Shown here: piece by piece, positions 1-11,691 of the stretch
Layout of the letters: every line of letters begins with the position of its first letter
How positions within the stretch are numbered: position 1 is the first letter of the stretch
Origin: Pelagomonas calceolata
Lineage: Eukaryota
Length of the DNA stretch: 64,000 nucleotides
Reading direction: 5' to 3'
Assembly: GCA_918797485.1 (NCBI GenBank)
Contig: CAKKNE010000006.1
Span: 1,116,001 to 1,180,000 of the forward strand
Made by a program: the position numbers and the translations under genes
Notes under the pieces: generated by a model
Seen by the model: the letters and a program-made list of their open reading frames with translations, nothing else
What the model was told of the DNA's origin: nothing
Database searches by the model: none

Positions 1-20
1 GTAAATAAACAGACGTCAAG

Positions 21-3000
21 ATGCCCGAGTTACCTGAAGGGACGATTAATGCGTTTATACAGAACAAGAACCTGGCCAAGTATGGCCTGCTCAAGGACAA
101 CGAGGGCGGGTTTCTTGCGGAGAATTTCGTCGACTATCAGCTCATCGATAGGTGCGATCTCGGCGTCCTGCGGTGCTGCGGCGCCTTCACGCCATCGACG
201 CGACTCGTGTCCATCTCACGATGCCGGGGGTGGTCTCTGGTCCAAATTTGGGCCGATTCGGACCGCGTCCATCATTCCTGGAGACGACGCGCGTCGACCG
301 CCGCACGCCGCCGCGCGACCGCGACGCTCCGCGCAGGCACGAAACCCTCGAGGAAATAGTAGCGGTGGGATGGATGAGCGACTTCCACCCCTTCAACAAG
401 GACCTCGTGGCGGACCCCTCGCCGAAGATTTTAGTTATTGTCGACCGAGAACAAACCTACGGCGACTTCTGGCGCGTTTGCTTGACCGCCGAGGCCCAAG
501 AACGGGAGATGAAGGCCATTAATGCTGAGCAAGAAGAGGCGCGACTTCTGGCCGAGGCCATCGAGGCGGAGCGGCTGCGCGTCGAGGAGGAAGCTAGAAA
601 GGCAGCGACGGCCGTGTACGACGACTCGCCTATTGTAGCGAAGGCCTACGCGTCGGAGACGAGGGATGAGACGTTCGAGGACGTCGCGGCGTTGGACGTC
701 GTGCCCGAACGGCCGCTGATGCAGTTCCAGCTGTCGCGACCTGTGTGGAAATCAAAATTTTACGGCGCGTTCGTGCTGAATCGTCGCGTCAACCTCCACG
801 CCATCGACGCGATGCCGGCTCGATGGCGTGGCGATGCCGGTTCCTCGCCGCTCGAGCGAGCCAGGATATCGGCCGACGCACTGGTTGATTTCAACACAGG
901 TCGCGACCGGCCGACTCGATCGGCGAGCCTCGCGTGTTTGCCGACCTCTCGGCGGACAACGAGATGTTCACGGAATCGCGCTCGACGAAAAATCCTGATT
1001 TCGCCCTGGAACGACGGGAAATGTCCGTCTCCGTCCAGGCCTGCAAGGTCAAGAAAGATACGGGTTCGCAGACCTGGACGCGGCCCATCCAGGCCAGTAC
1101 GCAGTACCACCCTGTTGGAGACGCCTACCAGCTCCCACCACCTCCCCCAGAGTCGAAAAGAGAACGCCAGGCGTCCCGACAGAAGCTCGTGAACGGTAAA
1201 AAGGGCCAGGTCGAGGAGGACACTAGTCTGATGACCGAGGACCAGCTCAACGAAAGAAAGAAGGCTGCGGAGCGAGACAGGAGCTACGCGCACGTCGCCC
1301 GGTTCCTCGCCAAGACCTTTGGGCTGATGGAGAACGCGCTGGAACAGAACGAGACGGTCGACGTGTTCGGGGATCTTTTTAAGGGTGCTGACTCAGCGTC
1401 CGTTTTTGATGAATGAACTTCAAGGTCGCGTCGATGGCGTCGGCGCGACGCCACGCCACCGCGGCGCCGTCGACGGGGCCGTGTGAGAGTCCACGGGTCT
1501 CGTGAGCGTCGCGTCGCGACCGCGGCCCCGCGCAGGTACTGGGGCCGGCGCCGAAGACCTGGAAGCGTCCAAAGGTGCGCTCGGTGAATTGAAAGAATTA
1601 CGGACCTTCGCCGACATCAACAGGACGAAAGGAAAACACTTACACAGCTTGCAGTGGCACCCCGCTCGCAAGGGCGTCGTCGCCGTCGGCCCGCGCTCCA
1701 ACTTAACCTTCGAGGACCGTTTACCGTCGAGTGGCTTTTCGTCGTCGTCGCACGTCCTGTACTGGGACTTTGCTGATTTAATAACGCCGTTACTCGTGTT
1801 GGAGGCGCCTTATAGCGTGGAAGCCTTTGCGATTAACACAGAGCGGCCCCACCTCGTCTGTGGCGGCCTCGAGAACGGCCAGGTGCTCGTCTGGGACACG
1901 TCGGCATCCACACAAGCTATCGACGCGAAGCGACAGCGAGAGAAGCGGCGACTCGCGGGAGAAAGCACGAAGGACGACGAGGAAGCGGCTCTCTTTGATG
2001 ACGAGGTCCGACCTCCCCTCGAGGCGCTTGCGATGGCGTCGCTGGGCGACCACAAAGTGGAACACTGCCACCGGCGGTCCGTGACGCAAGTCGTGTGGCT
2101 GCCGAAGAACGCACAGATCGACTACAAAGGTAGACTGCTGGAAGAAGAGTACCAGGGCGAACACAGCAACCAGTTCGTGTCCATTTCTCTGGACGGCCAG
2201 CTGCTCTTTTGGGACCTGCGCTTCGAGGACATCGCGCGCGGCAAGCACCCGAAAGTAGGCCGACGCATGCGCGGCAGCACGGACGTCGGCGCCGACGGCA
2301 AGCTCAAGGCCGTGCCCTGGCAGCCGCTCTGGAAATGTCATCTGGCCCATCCTGCTGGTGTTGGTGAGTTAGGGCTCTGTCACATGGTCAATGCCTTTGT
2401 TGGGGTCGGTGACGACCCCATCCCCTCGACAGAGGAGGACGTACCTGATGTGGTACCAGATCACCGCTGCAGGTTTATTGCTTGCAGTGAAGATGGCGAA
2501 CTCCTCAGTGGAGACTGGGCCGCTGTTTCCGAGGACGACTCGGAACCCGCTTATGTCACCTGGGCGGCGAAGGACCACCCGCGACCCGCCCTCGCGCTAC
2601 AGCAGTGTGCGTTGCTCAGGGATCACTTACTGACTTGTGCGGAACGCCATTTCCACGTCTGGCTCTTCGGGCAAAAGCAACCGGCCTTCAAGTCTCCCCG
2701 AACAGCCAAGTTATCTTGTGTGGCTTGGTCGCCGACGAGGGCGGGGGTTGTGTTCTGTGGTCGAGCTGATGGTGGCCTAGACGTCTGGGATCTGTGTGAT
2801 GATCCGGAGCGACCTATTGGCTCGTTCCGAGTCGCGTCGTCGGCCATCACGTCGATGTCGTTTCAATCAGATCTACTACCAGGAGAATATGATCAATTAC
2901 TGGCGTTAGGAGATGAGCAGGGCAACCTCCACGTCTTCGACGTTCCCCTACCTTTAAGAAAGCCGAAAGCTTCGGACATCGATACGTTCAAGGCCTTCAT

Positions 3001-3298
3001 CCAGGCCGAGATCGACTGGGAGGTCAAGTCGCAGGAGCGCATGGCGGCGCAGAAGGAGGCGGCGGAAAACGCGAAGGCCGCGGCGCCGGCCGAGGGGGAC
3101 GCCGAGGAGGAGCCCGCGGCAGAAGAGGAGGCCCCGAAGGACGGCGAGTTCGACTTCTCGGAGGCCGAGCTCGAGGCGGACAACGCGGCCTACGCGAAGC
3201 TGCAGCGGAAGCTCGCCCAGGAGATGGACATCCGCTTGCTCGAGTCCGGGTTGAGGGACTGGTCCTACGAGCCGCAGCCCGAGCAGCCGGCGCAGTGA
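21..3298 (+). CDS. WD40 axonemal dynein intermediate chain, WDR63/DNAI3-like; exons 21-151, 337-732, 900-1384, 1536-3298 (924 aa)
   Basis: Removing GT-AG introns 152-336, 733-899 and 1385-1535 joins four ORF-track frames into one 2775-nt frame. C-terminal WD40 repeats (CGGLENGQVLVWD, SISLDGQLLFWD, WSPTRAGVVFCGRADGGLDVWD, LALGDEQGNLHVF) and MENALEQNETVDVF resemble dynein intermediate chains. The third donor is the least certain. Confidence 0.8.
152..336 (+). other. Spliceosomal intron, repeat family B
   Basis: AG|GTGCGA...GCGCAG|G restores the frame (IDR-HETLEE); homologous to three GFAT introns. Confidence 0.85.
741..899. mobile_element. Introner element, family A (intron 733-899)
   Basis: TIRs CTGTGTGGAAATCAA / TTGATTTCAACACAG; perfect 8-bp TSD GTCGCGAC at 733-740 and 900-907. 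The GT donor comes from the TSD and the AG acceptor from the TIR; splicing restores LSRPADSIGE. Confidence 0.92.
1385..1535 (+). other. Spliceosomal intron with the reversed CGCCATCGACGCG motif
   Basis: AAGG|GTGCTG...CCCGCGCAG|GT; removes the TGA at 1414-1416 and restores the frame. Confidence 0.65.
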
Positions 3299-3331
3299 GT
3301 AAGGTTTTTGCTCAAGTACTCTACTCAAGTA

Positions 3332-4210
3332 CTAGTCATACACTCTTACAACACGCGAGGCGCCGGCCAGCGTCGTTTCGATCTCCTCGACGTCGTCGGG
3401 GTCGCGCCAGAACGACAGGATGTTCCACACCACCCCGTTGTCGCCGAGGCGCGCGACGAACGCGACGGCCGCCTTCCAGTCGGCCCCTCGCATGCGACGC
3501 TTCTGATACGGAGTGATGTAGCCCCGCATCGCGAGACTCCGTAGCGCCAGTATCTCGCGGTGCGGGCCCCGTCTCCGGCAGTACTTTTTCCAGGATCCCG
3601 CCGCGCTCACATCCTTGATCAACGTCTTAAGAGCCGCGAAGTGCCAGTTTCCCTTAATCAAGTTCTTATACTGTTCTTCCGCTGTCACCAACTCCTCAGC
3701 CGAATTATCGCCTGCGCAGTTGTCCAGGGACGCCCCAGCGCGAAGCAAAATGCAGACCATGGCGAGCTTGCCGCTGTGACCACGATCACACAAGAAGCTG
3801 TCAATTGCTGCTCCAAGCGGACTCCTTATTACCTGGGTAAGCGCTCCAAAGCGGTCCGGGAATTCCCCGCCAGCTACTCTCCGGTTTACCTGGCTACCGG
3901 CGCCGATCAATAGGACCACAAATTTGTTTGCAAATGTCCCCTTGCCGCCGCAGGCCAGATGCAACGGGCAAAGGCCCTCGTTTTCTTCCCCTACGGCAAT
4001 GCGGTTAACGTCCGCTCCACGACTGATGAGGTACTTGACCAGGTCAAGTCGATTGGCGTCGTAATTTCCGTCCCTTGCTAGGCATACGTGAAGCAGAGAC
4101 GTTCCATCGGTGTCAACGTCGTTCACAGACTGCGGGTGTTCGTCGAGCCACGCCGCCACCTCGTCCTTGTCCGCGTACCTGGCCGCTTCGGCTACGTCGT
4201 CGGGGATCAT
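3332..4210 (-). CDS. Ankyrin-repeat protein
   Basis: Ankyrin motifs GTSLLHVC...LVKYLISRGADVN, CPLHLAC...LLIGAGSQVN, SPLGAA...ILLRAGASLD. ATG taken at 4210. Confidence 0.8.
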   Translation of the reverse strand: MIPDDVAEAARYADKDEVAAWLDEHPQSVNDVDTDGTSLLHVCLARDGNYDANRLDLVKYLISRGADVNRIAVGEENEGLCPLHLACGGKGTFANKFVVLLIGAGSQVNRRVAGGEFPDRFGALTQVIRSPLGAAIDSFLCDRGHSGKLAMVCILLRAGASLDNCAGDNSAEELVTAEEQYKNLIKGNWHFAALKTLIKDVSAAGSWKKYCRRRGPHREILALRSLAMRGYITPYQKRRMRGADWKAAVAFVARLGDNGVVWNILSFWRDPDDVEEIETTLAGASRVVRVYD

Positions 4211-4354
4211 CCTAGCAATGCGCGCGCTTGCGGGCGGTAGTCCTTTGCGGGCAGTAGTCCTGCGTCGAAGTAGTGGCCTACTGGCTGCCGTAGCCCGCAC
4301 TAACGTATCGATGCGCTTGAATGTGGCAAAAACCAACAGGCGCCGAACCCGCAG

Positions 4355-4375
4355 CTAGCGGCAGTAAGACACTAG
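4355..4375 (-). promoter_or_regulatory. Recurrent intergenic motif CTAGTGTCTTACTGCCGCTAG (copy 1)
   Basis: Matches consensus CTAGTGTCTTAC-N2-4-CGCTAG; lies between divergent genes. Confidence 0.6.
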
Positions 4376-4536
4376 CAAAAGTGCTGGGCTGGGCGCCGGC
4401 ACAGCGGTCTCTGGCGTCACAGTCGCTGCACATTGTGCTCTCATAACGCAGCGACAGCAGTCGCAACGCCCAGAGCATCGGTGCTGCGGCCGCGCGACGC
4501 CAGCACCCCATTTGGCAAAACACTGCCACAGCACAA

Positions 4537-5715
4537 ATGAACCGCCCCAAGTCCTACGCGAGATTACAGAAGGAGGCCGAGGAGGGGAACGAACGCCTGC
4601 CCGAGAATCATGGGTATGGCGGTTCAAAAGTGTCGGCGCGACCCGCGAAGCGCGCACGCGTCCAGGTGGAAGAGCACGAGGACATTGCACTAAGAAAGGA
4701 GGACGAGAAGTCGCTGCACGCCATGGGTTTGGATGCCAACAAACTCCGAGAAATAAGAAGCCAGTACGGCTCCGAAGAGCGCGGCGGCGCCGAGCGCATC
4801 GCGGACGCCCGACCCGCGCATAGAAAGCGGTCCTCTACAAGATGCCGACCCCTCCAGGACTGCGGCGCCACCCAAGGGAGTGATGAGGGCGCCAAGCTCT
4901 TCTGCCTCGACTTCGCGCGGGGGCGGTGCCCCGACGGCCCTCAGTGTACTCATAGACATGAGATCCCGAGGCCGCGCGACGACGAGGATCTCGAGATCCT
5001 GAACGAGGACTACGACATCTTCGGGAGGAAACGGAGTCTGTTGACGAGCCACTGGGAGCGGCACCACGGCAAAAAGGAGGAAGGGGCCAACTCGTTGCGG
5101 TTGACGGCGCTGTTCGTGACTGGGTTAAGGGCACCGGCTCGACAAAGGACGGAGCTCTGTGGAGGAAGAAAAGGTAGTGGAGCGAAGTCGATCGCGGGCG
5201 ATCTTGACAGTGCGGTACGAAAAGCGTTCGGGGCCTTCGGGGAAGTGGTCGAGACGCGCGTCGTGTTGGATAGTGTGCGGGGCCACAAGTGCACCGTCGC
5301 TTATAGCTCTAGGTCGGCGGCGGAATTCGCCAAGGAGGCCATGACCGGCCAGTCGCTGCGGCCGGACGGCGGCGAGCTCGTGCAGGTCCGCTGGGCGAAG
5401 GAGCAGGCGTCGACGTCCGAGACGGGGAAATTTAGTTTTGTGGACGTCCACGCGGGAAGGGCTCAACCGACGCCGCCCGCGGAATCGCTGCCCGAGGGCT
5501 GGTGCAGCACGTACGACGCGGCGTCGCGTCGTACGTACTACCACGACGAGGACGGGTCCCACGTGACGTGGGCGCGGCCGACGGAGCGGGCGCCCTCCGT
5601 TGCCCACCTTCCGCCGCTGCCGCCGGGCTGGCGGCGGCACTTCGACGCGGCGCGCGGCTGCGTCTACTACCACAACGCGGCGTCCGACGCGACGACGTGG
5701 GATCGGCCCTCTTAA
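4537..5715 (+). CDS. Cwc2/RBM22-like splicing factor (CCCH zinc finger + RRM) with two C-terminal WW domains
   Basis: [20 protein letters not shown] (CCCH), DIFGR, RRM ending [18 protein letters not shown] motifs LPEGW...YYH...TWARP and LPPGW...YYHN...TTWDRP. Confidence 0.8.
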   Translation: MNRPKSYARLQKEAEEGNERLPENHGYGGSKVSARPAKRARVQVEEHEDIALRKEDEKSLHAMGLDANKLREIRSQYGSEERGGAERIADARPAHRKRSSTRCRPLQDCGATQGSDEGAKLFCLDFARGRCPDGPQCTHRHEIPRPRDDEDLEILNEDYDIFGRKRSLLTSHWERHHGKKEEGANSLRLTALFVTGLRAPARQRTELCGGRKGSGAKSIAGDLDSAVRKAFGAFGEVVETRVVLDSVRGHKCTVAYSSRSAAEFAKEAMTGQSLRPDGGELVQVRWAKEQASTSETGKFSFVDVHAGRAQPTPPAESLPEGWCSTYDAASRRTYYHDEDGSHVTWARPTERAPSVAHLPPLPPGWRRHFDAARGCVYYHNAASDATTWDRPS

Positions 5716-5942
5716 CTATCTGTTGTTTGACGTCCGCGCGCTACCCAGTTGGTCCCGGAGCCGAGGACCCATCCCGATGCGTCCGAACCGTCCGGGGCGC
5801 CCGTGCGGAAACGCACGGTTCGGGCTGGATCCGAGCCGCTCTCCCGGCCTTCCGGCGCCGCCCACGCCGCCGCCGCGCACCCGACGCGCCGAAGGAGGCT
5901 GCCGCCGCGACCCCCGCGACCGCGCCCCCGCACTATCCAGAG

Positions 5943-6818
5943 ATGCAGTGTTTTGGTGTGGACCTCTACAAGGACGAGACGCGCGGCGGCACCTACTCGA
6001 TAGCGGACCAAGTAGCTCGGTTCTCCAAAGCTATAAGCGATGGCAACGAGCGCTACCTCGATGTGGCGTCGGTCTACGACGGGAGTTACTTAAAAGACAA
6101 GACCGTATTGGTAACAGGAGGTAATAGAGGTTTGGGCCTCGCCCTGTGCAAGCGCTGTGTGGCGGACGGAGCTACTGTTTTGGTCTTCGGTAGAAAACAA
6201 TCTGACGAGTTGAAAGAGCTAGGCTGCGTCCAGATGACAGGCGTCGACGTGACGAACACGAGTGCCGTAAAAAACGCGTGTCGAAAAGTCGTCGAGCAGG
6301 GCTACCAGCTCGATATCGTCATAAACAACGCGGGCTACTTCTACGGGCCGCGCGAGGCCGTGACGCCGACGGACACGATGCATTATGATGAGCAATTAAA
6401 ACAAATTGACGTCTGCGCCGTCGGGCCGTTGCGCGTCTCGGCCTGCTTGCGCCAGGCTCATGCGTTGAAGAAGGACGCCCAGATTATCATAATTACGTCG
6501 CAGGCCGGGTCCGTGCAGTGGCGCTTCACGCAAAATAGGAACGTGGGCGGCGATTACGGGCACCACATGTCGCGGGCGGCGTGCAACATGGGCGCCGTGC
6601 TGCTGGGGGAGGAGTTGAGGGCCGATGGTATGAGCGTGGTGTTGTTACACCCCGGGTTTTGTCGCACGGAAATGACGCGGAAGTACGAGTCGATCTGGGA
6701 CGCCGAGGGGGCGGTTGATGCTGATGTAGGTGCTATGCGCGTGCTGTTTGAAGTGGGGAGAAAGCACGAGTCCGGTTCCTACATAAACTGCGAGGACGGG
6801 CTCCGGATCCCCTGGTAG
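5943..6818 (+). CDS. Short-chain dehydrogenase/reductase
   Basis: [11 protein letters not shown] nucleotide-binding motif, [19 protein letters not shown]. Start placed at the first in-frame ATG after the upstream gene. Confidence 0.8.
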   Translation: MQCFGVDLYKDETRGGTYSIADQVARFSKAISDGNERYLDVASVYDGSYLKDKTVLVTGGNRGLGLALCKRCVADGATVLVFGRKQSDELKELGCVQMTGVDVTNTSAVKNACRKVVEQGYQLDIVINNAGYFYGPREAVTPTDTMHYDEQLKQIDVCAVGPLRVSACLRQAHALKKDAQIIIITSQAGSVQWRFTQNRNVGGDYGHHMSRAACNMGAVLLGEELRADGMSVVLLHPGFCRTEMTRKYESIWDAEGAVDADVGAMRVLFEVGRKHESGSYINCEDGLRIPW

Positions 6819-6826
6819 AGAGTAAC

Positions 6827-8203
6827 TTACATTAAGGCCAGGACCCCGAGCGCGCCGAGCCCGACGCCCACTCGTACTGGAGAGGGGTCCAGCAGCACGA
6901 CCAAAGCACAAACCAGGCCGCAGACCTCGCGGTGCGCCCGGATCGCCTCCAGGACCGTCCTTCGGGGGACGCGCGCCGCCGCGACGTCGACGTCGCTAGC
7001 CCCTAACTCCCGGCACTTCGATTCGAGGGCCATACAGGCGCGGCGGTCCGCCTCTGACGCCTTCCGCGCGTCGTCGGCGTCCGCTCTGCTGGACGCGGCG
7101 TCGGCCTCGGCATCTTTTCGCGCCGCGACGGCCCGATCGAGATCCAGCCGCGCCCGCCGCAGACTCTCCGCGGCGTCGCGCGCCGCGGCGCGGTCCTTCG
7201 TCGCGGAGGCGCGCAGCTGGACCATCTCCGCTTTCAAAGCAGCAATCGTCGCGTCGGATTCGGACGCGCGCGCCTCGGCGGCCCGCAGCGCCCGCAGCGC
7301 CTGGTCGAGCTGCCCCTCGAGCTTCTCCCGCGTCTCCGTGGAGGACGACGACGACGCCTCGCCGCAGGCGTGCGCCTCGCGCAGCCGGTCGCGCTCGATG
7401 CGCAACGTCTCGACGAGGGCGTTCGCCTCGGATAGCGCGCGCTCGGCGTCGAGCGTCCGTTGGCGCTCCCGTTCCGACGCGTCGAGGCGGTCCTTGGCCG
7501 CCAAGGCAGCGGCATCTAAAGCGGCCAGGAGGCGCGTCTCCGTGCCCTCGAGGGCGGCGACGCGCGCGTTCGTCGCCGTCGTCGACGAGGCGGCGGACGA
7601 GGGCGCCGCGCTCTGGCGGCTTCGCGGCGCGCTCGGCGTCGCCGCCTCCCGCGGCCGGGGCGTGAACCGCGCGCGCGGCGCGGGGGCGTCGTCGTCCTTG
7701 CCGTCGTCGTCGCGCAACAGCGGCGACTTCGCCACGGACGGCGGCCTCGCGGCGGCGGCCGCGTCGTCTCCTCTCAAAATCGCCGCGGCCCGCGCCGCGC
7801 GCCGCTCCTCGTCGCGCTTGCGTCTTTCGGTTAACGTGCCGGGCGCGAGGGCCGGGCTCGCCGGCCGCCGCCGCTCCGGCGACCCGTTCGCCGCCGCGAG
7901 CGGGCTCCGCCGCAGCGCGGGCGTCGCCGGCGGGCCGTCGCTGTCGTCCTCGTCCGTGTCGGCCTTGCTGAAGCGGCCCGCGAGGCCCTGGGCGCGGCGC
8001 GCGGCGGCCGCGACCTTGGTCGGCGAGGGGCTCCGCGGCTTCGGACTCCCCGGCGGCCGCGCCCGTTCCCTCGCCAGGCGCTTGGCGCGGTTCCAGGCCT
8101 CGCCGGGCCGCGTCGCCGGCGGGCCCGTCGTCCGTCTTGCGAGGACCGCGCGTGCGCCGGCGCCTGGGGATCTCCTTGCGCGGCTCGGCGTGAGGGCCGG
8201 CAT
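6827..8203 (-). CDS. Low-complexity coiled-coil protein with a C-terminal hydrophobic anchor
   Basis: 458-aa ORF with heptad-like A/E/R-rich region and terminal hydrophobic VCGLVCALVVLL...VGLGALGVLALM. Confidence 0.55.
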   Translation of the reverse strand: MPALTPSRARRSPGAGARAVLARRTTGPPATRPGEAWNRAKRLARERARPPGSPKPRSPSPTKVAAAARRAQGLAGRFSKADTDEDDSDGPPATPALRRSPLAAANGSPERRRPASPALAPGTLTERRKRDEERRAARAAAILRGDDAAAAARPPSVAKSPLLRDDDGKDDDAPAPRARFTPRPREAATPSAPRSRQSAAPSSAASSTTATNARVAALEGTETRLLAALDAAALAAKDRLDASERERQRTLDAERALSEANALVETLRIERDRLREAHACGEASSSSSTETREKLEGQLDQALRALRAAEARASESDATIAALKAEMVQLRASATKDRAAARDAAESLRRARLDLDRAVAARKDAEADAASSRADADDARKASEADRRACMALESKCRELGASDVDVAAARVPRRTVLEAIRAHREVCGLVCALVVLLDPSPVRVGVGLGALGVLALM

Positions 8204-8607
8204 TTTTTGTTGTTCGCGTACCGTCAGTGATGCGTGGCCCCGCTGCCGAGCCGTACGCGTGCGTGTGGCGGTCGCTGGCGCGGCGCTGGCGTCTCTTGCG
8301 TCGCGCTGGTGCTTTTAGCAATAGCACCGGTTTGCAACGTGCGCCTATAACTCTGCGCAGAGCTAGCCAAATCGCACAGTTCTTGGCTCCCGGATCTATG
8401 CTCGTCTATTAATTTGCCGGGCCGGCTCTGTTTGTCCGGTGAGTACGCGCGCGTTTCACCGCCCTGGGCGCAGGGCAATGCCAATGCGCAGCTTAGCTTC
8501 GCGCGGGCGCCGCTGAGCGCGGAGGGATCGACGCCCCACACAGTCGTCAGCGGAGAAAGGTAGATGGACAATATTAGACGGGGGGATTCATACGAGGACG
8601 ACGCTCC

Positions 8608-9093
8608 CTACGTCCAATCTCTAATGACCTGCGACCGCGCCGTCTTGGTGATGCGCACGTCCGGCGAGCAGAAGAGGCAGAAGGTGCAGTAGCTGAAGCA
8701 GCCGATGACCGCGGCTGTGTGGTAGAAATTGTTGCGCGGCCGGCCCGGTGCAGCGGCTCTCGTAAAACGCGCGCGCGAAGAGGCCCTTTTGGCCTTTGGG
8801 CGCGGCCACGCTCGTGCTCTCCCACGACACGACGGCGCCCCGGTCGCACGGGCCGCGGTAAAGGGACGTGCTTTTTTGGTCGTGGTTGTTCATTAAGGAC
8901 GCTGATACGAACTGCTGATGATCACGACGATGGGGTAGGTCGCCGGATCAGACAACCAGGCCTCTTTGAAGGTCAATTCGGCGGCTGGCTTCTTGGGCCC
9001 CGCCGAAAGGGTCCGCACCGGCGCGCGGAAGCTGTTCAGCCTGAAGGCGTTTAGGGCCGCTCGCCTGAGGACGCCGGCGGCGGCGATAGACAT
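8608..9093 (-). CDS. NDUFA4/B12D-like small mitochondrial protein; exons 9093-8913 and 8714-8608 (95 aa)
   Basis: Arg-rich presequence and WLSDPATYPI; removing intron 8715-8912 (GTTCGT...CACAG) gives a TM segment followed by SPDVRITKTAR, typical of the family. Confidence 0.75.
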
Positions 9094-9287
9094 CCTTCCT
9101 GCGGGCTCCTGGGCTGGTAGCGGTTAAGTTTGAGGCCTCTGAATGCGCAACGGGCGCGCGGGGGCCGTGTGCAGCCGCTTTTTCAGCAGCTCAAGGAAGG
9201 CCGATTTTTCTAGTGGGGGACGACGCTAGGTACAGACGCCGTACACCCGTCGACGCCGCCGACACCCAGAAATCCGAGAGAGAATAC

Positions 9288-11691
9288 TTAGTCCACCGTC
9301 ACGCTCTTCGCCAGGTGGCGCGGGAAGTCCGGGTTCACTCCCCTCAAGAGAGCCAACTCATACGCGAGGAACTGCAACGGCAGCACCGCTAATAGAGCCG
9401 TCAGCTTCCCATTCCGAGGAATCACGATGGGGTCGTCGTCCAGCCCCTTGGCGAGGTGCGGCGCGTCCGTGATCACGAACACCTCCGCGTGCCGCGCTTT
9501 TACTTCTTCAGCGGCCGTCCGCATCAAGTGGCTGTGCTCATCATCGAGAATCAACATAATAATAGGTGTCTTCCGCTCCAAATCCTCCGATATCAACGCG
9601 AAGGGCCCGTGCTTCATGGCCCCACCACTCAAACCTTCAGCATGCACATACGCACATTCTTTTATTTTAAGAGCCCCTTCGCGCGCGATGGGCTCGGCGT
9701 AGCCCTTGCCCAAGATAAAAATGTGCTCCGCGTCCACTAATCTATGAGCCCACCGTCGACACTGCTCCTGGAGGCGCAGACCCATGCCGAAGCTAATGGG
9801 CAGGCGGTGGAGCGACGCCATCAATTGCTCAAATTTTGGACTGTGGTTTTCATTGCGCAGGTCGTGGAACCAACAAGCAAGTAAAGCCATGACCGTCACT
9901 TGCGTCGTGAAGGCCTTCGTGGAGGCGACGGCGTTCTCCCGGCCCGCGTTGAGGTAGACGCCGAGCTTGGTAGTTCTCGCAATAATAGATCCAACAGAAT
10001 TGACGACGGACAGCGCCGTCACGTCGTGGCCCATGGCCTTCTGGACGCACCGCAGGACGTCCTTCGTCTCGCCGCTCTGACTGACCGCGAGCACGCCCCC
10101 GTTCTTCACGGGCAGGTCCGGCGCGTCCACCTCCGACGCGTCCATGACTTGCGCCGTGTCGAACGCGCCGAGATCCCGCATCAACTTCGCACCATATAAA
10201 GACGCGTTCATCGACGTCCCGCAGCCCACCTGTGTGGCACGGACACCGTCTGGACCTTCCCAATACGCGGAGACTCTCGTGTGATCATGATGACGGCGTC
10301 GCGGCGACGCCGTCTCACCAAGACGCCATCGCCGCGACCGCGCGCGCTCTCTCTCCGACGCGCCGCGACGATGGTGTCCGAAACGGCTCAAAATCGAAAA
10401 TGAGACCACCCACGAACTCGTCTCGTGGAGACGACGCGCGTCGATGGCGTGAAGGCGCCGCGGGACGCCGCGATCAGTACCAGCAGCAAATGCTTGATGT
10501 TGTCCATGTCCTCCCGCCGCCGGTCGAGGCCGCCCAGGAAGACGCGGTCTTCTCCTAGTCTTCCACCGTAAGCTAGCGCTCTAGCAATCGCCGCGGGCTG
10601 CTCGACCTGCGTGTGTGATAATGCGCTCAAAATCGAGATTGAGACCACCCACTTCATTGTGAGATGGCGTATCATCTCGGAAAGGCCACGGGACGCCGCA
10701 ATTCGACGATCTCGCGTTCCATCCAATGCGCATGAGGGGCCGGTGTTTGCCTCAATTCTAGATCAGGTGCGAGTTCTGCTCTACGAATATCTAACGAAGT
10801 GCCGCCGGCCCGCACGACGCCGATCTCGCCGTCCTGCCTGCGTGGATGGACGAGTCGCGTCGATGGCCGTGACGCTCGAAATCGAAAAAGAAACGACCCA
10901 CGTCATCGTGAGATGGCCACGAGTCACATCGAATGAAGGCACCGTACGGGACGCCGAGATCCGGACATCGCGATAAAATTCTTCGTGTGGCGGTTGAACG
11001 CCGACGTCTCCGACGCGATAAAAGTTTTTTCGGGCGCCAGCCCGATGTTCATCGGGCTTCCGTTGCAGGCCACGACCACGCTCTCCGGATCCTTGACGCT
11101 GAGGACGGCGACGCCCCACGTGCCCTCGCACTTTTGGAGGGAGCGACTGACGGCGTCCCTCAGCTCGACATCGGGTTGGGCATCGAGCTCCCTCCCTATC
11201 AACTGGGCGATGACCTCGGTATCCGTCTGGGATCTAAATATAATCCCTTCGCTCTGGAGCTGCTCCCTCAACAGATCGGCGTTCATAATCACGCCGTTGT
11301 GCACGACGCCGACCCTCTCCTTCGCGTCAAAATGCGGATGGGCGTTCTCGTCGGTCTTGCCGCCGTGCGTCGCCCAGCGCGTGTGGGCGATGCCCACGTG
11401 GTGGCCCGCGTGCTTTTCCGCGTGGGCGCGGACGAGTGCGATACTGTCGGCCGTGCTCCCCTTGCTCGCGTACTTCGTGACTGCCAGCTCGTTCGTGCCT
11501 CGCTTCAGGGTGGCCATGCCCGCGCTGTCATAGCCTCGGTTCTGGAGGATGGAGAGGCCATCGAGCAAGACGTCTCGCGCGTCGTCCGCCTCCCCCACGA
11601 CGCCCACGATGCCGCAGTTCTCGGCCTTTTTCTGGAGGTAGCCCACGCCTAACGTCGCCGCCGTGGCCCGGGCCGCGGCGACGCGCCACAT
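9288..11691 (-). CDS. GFAT: Glutamine:fructose-6-phosphate amidotransferase (GFAT/GlmS); exons 11691-10967, 10837-10708, 10606-10481, 10229-9288 (640 aa)
   Basis: CGIVG, NRGYDSAG, HTRWATHG, HNG, TDTEV, GCGTS, SQSGET, VASTKAF, EGALKIKE, KHGP, LAKSVTVD. Three GT-AG introns restore one frame. Confidence 0.95.
10230..10480 (-). other. Intron, repeat family B (GFAT intron 3)
   Basis: CTG|GTACTGATCGCGGCGTCC...CACACAG|GTG gives LLLVGCGTS; homologous to 152-336. Confidence 0.85.
10607..10707 (-). other. Intron, repeat family B (GFAT intron 2)
   Basis: ATC|GTCGAA...CACGCAG|GTCGAG gives EIVEQP; GTCGA is duplicated at the junctions. Confidence 0.85.
10838..10966 (-). other. Intron, repeat family B (GFAT intron 1)
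   Basis: AT|GTCCGGATCTCGGCGTCC...CCACGCAG|G gives IAMQDGEIG. Confidence 0.85.

Noticed and set aside
5502..5942. N-terminal extension of the SDR ORF in the track
   Set aside because: Starts at a non-ATG codon inside the upstream gene; first in-frame ATG is 5943.
9288..11691. GFAT, WD40, AKR and GH79 genes as frameshifted pseudogenes
   Set aside because: Each break is resolved by an intron that restores conserved motifs in frame.
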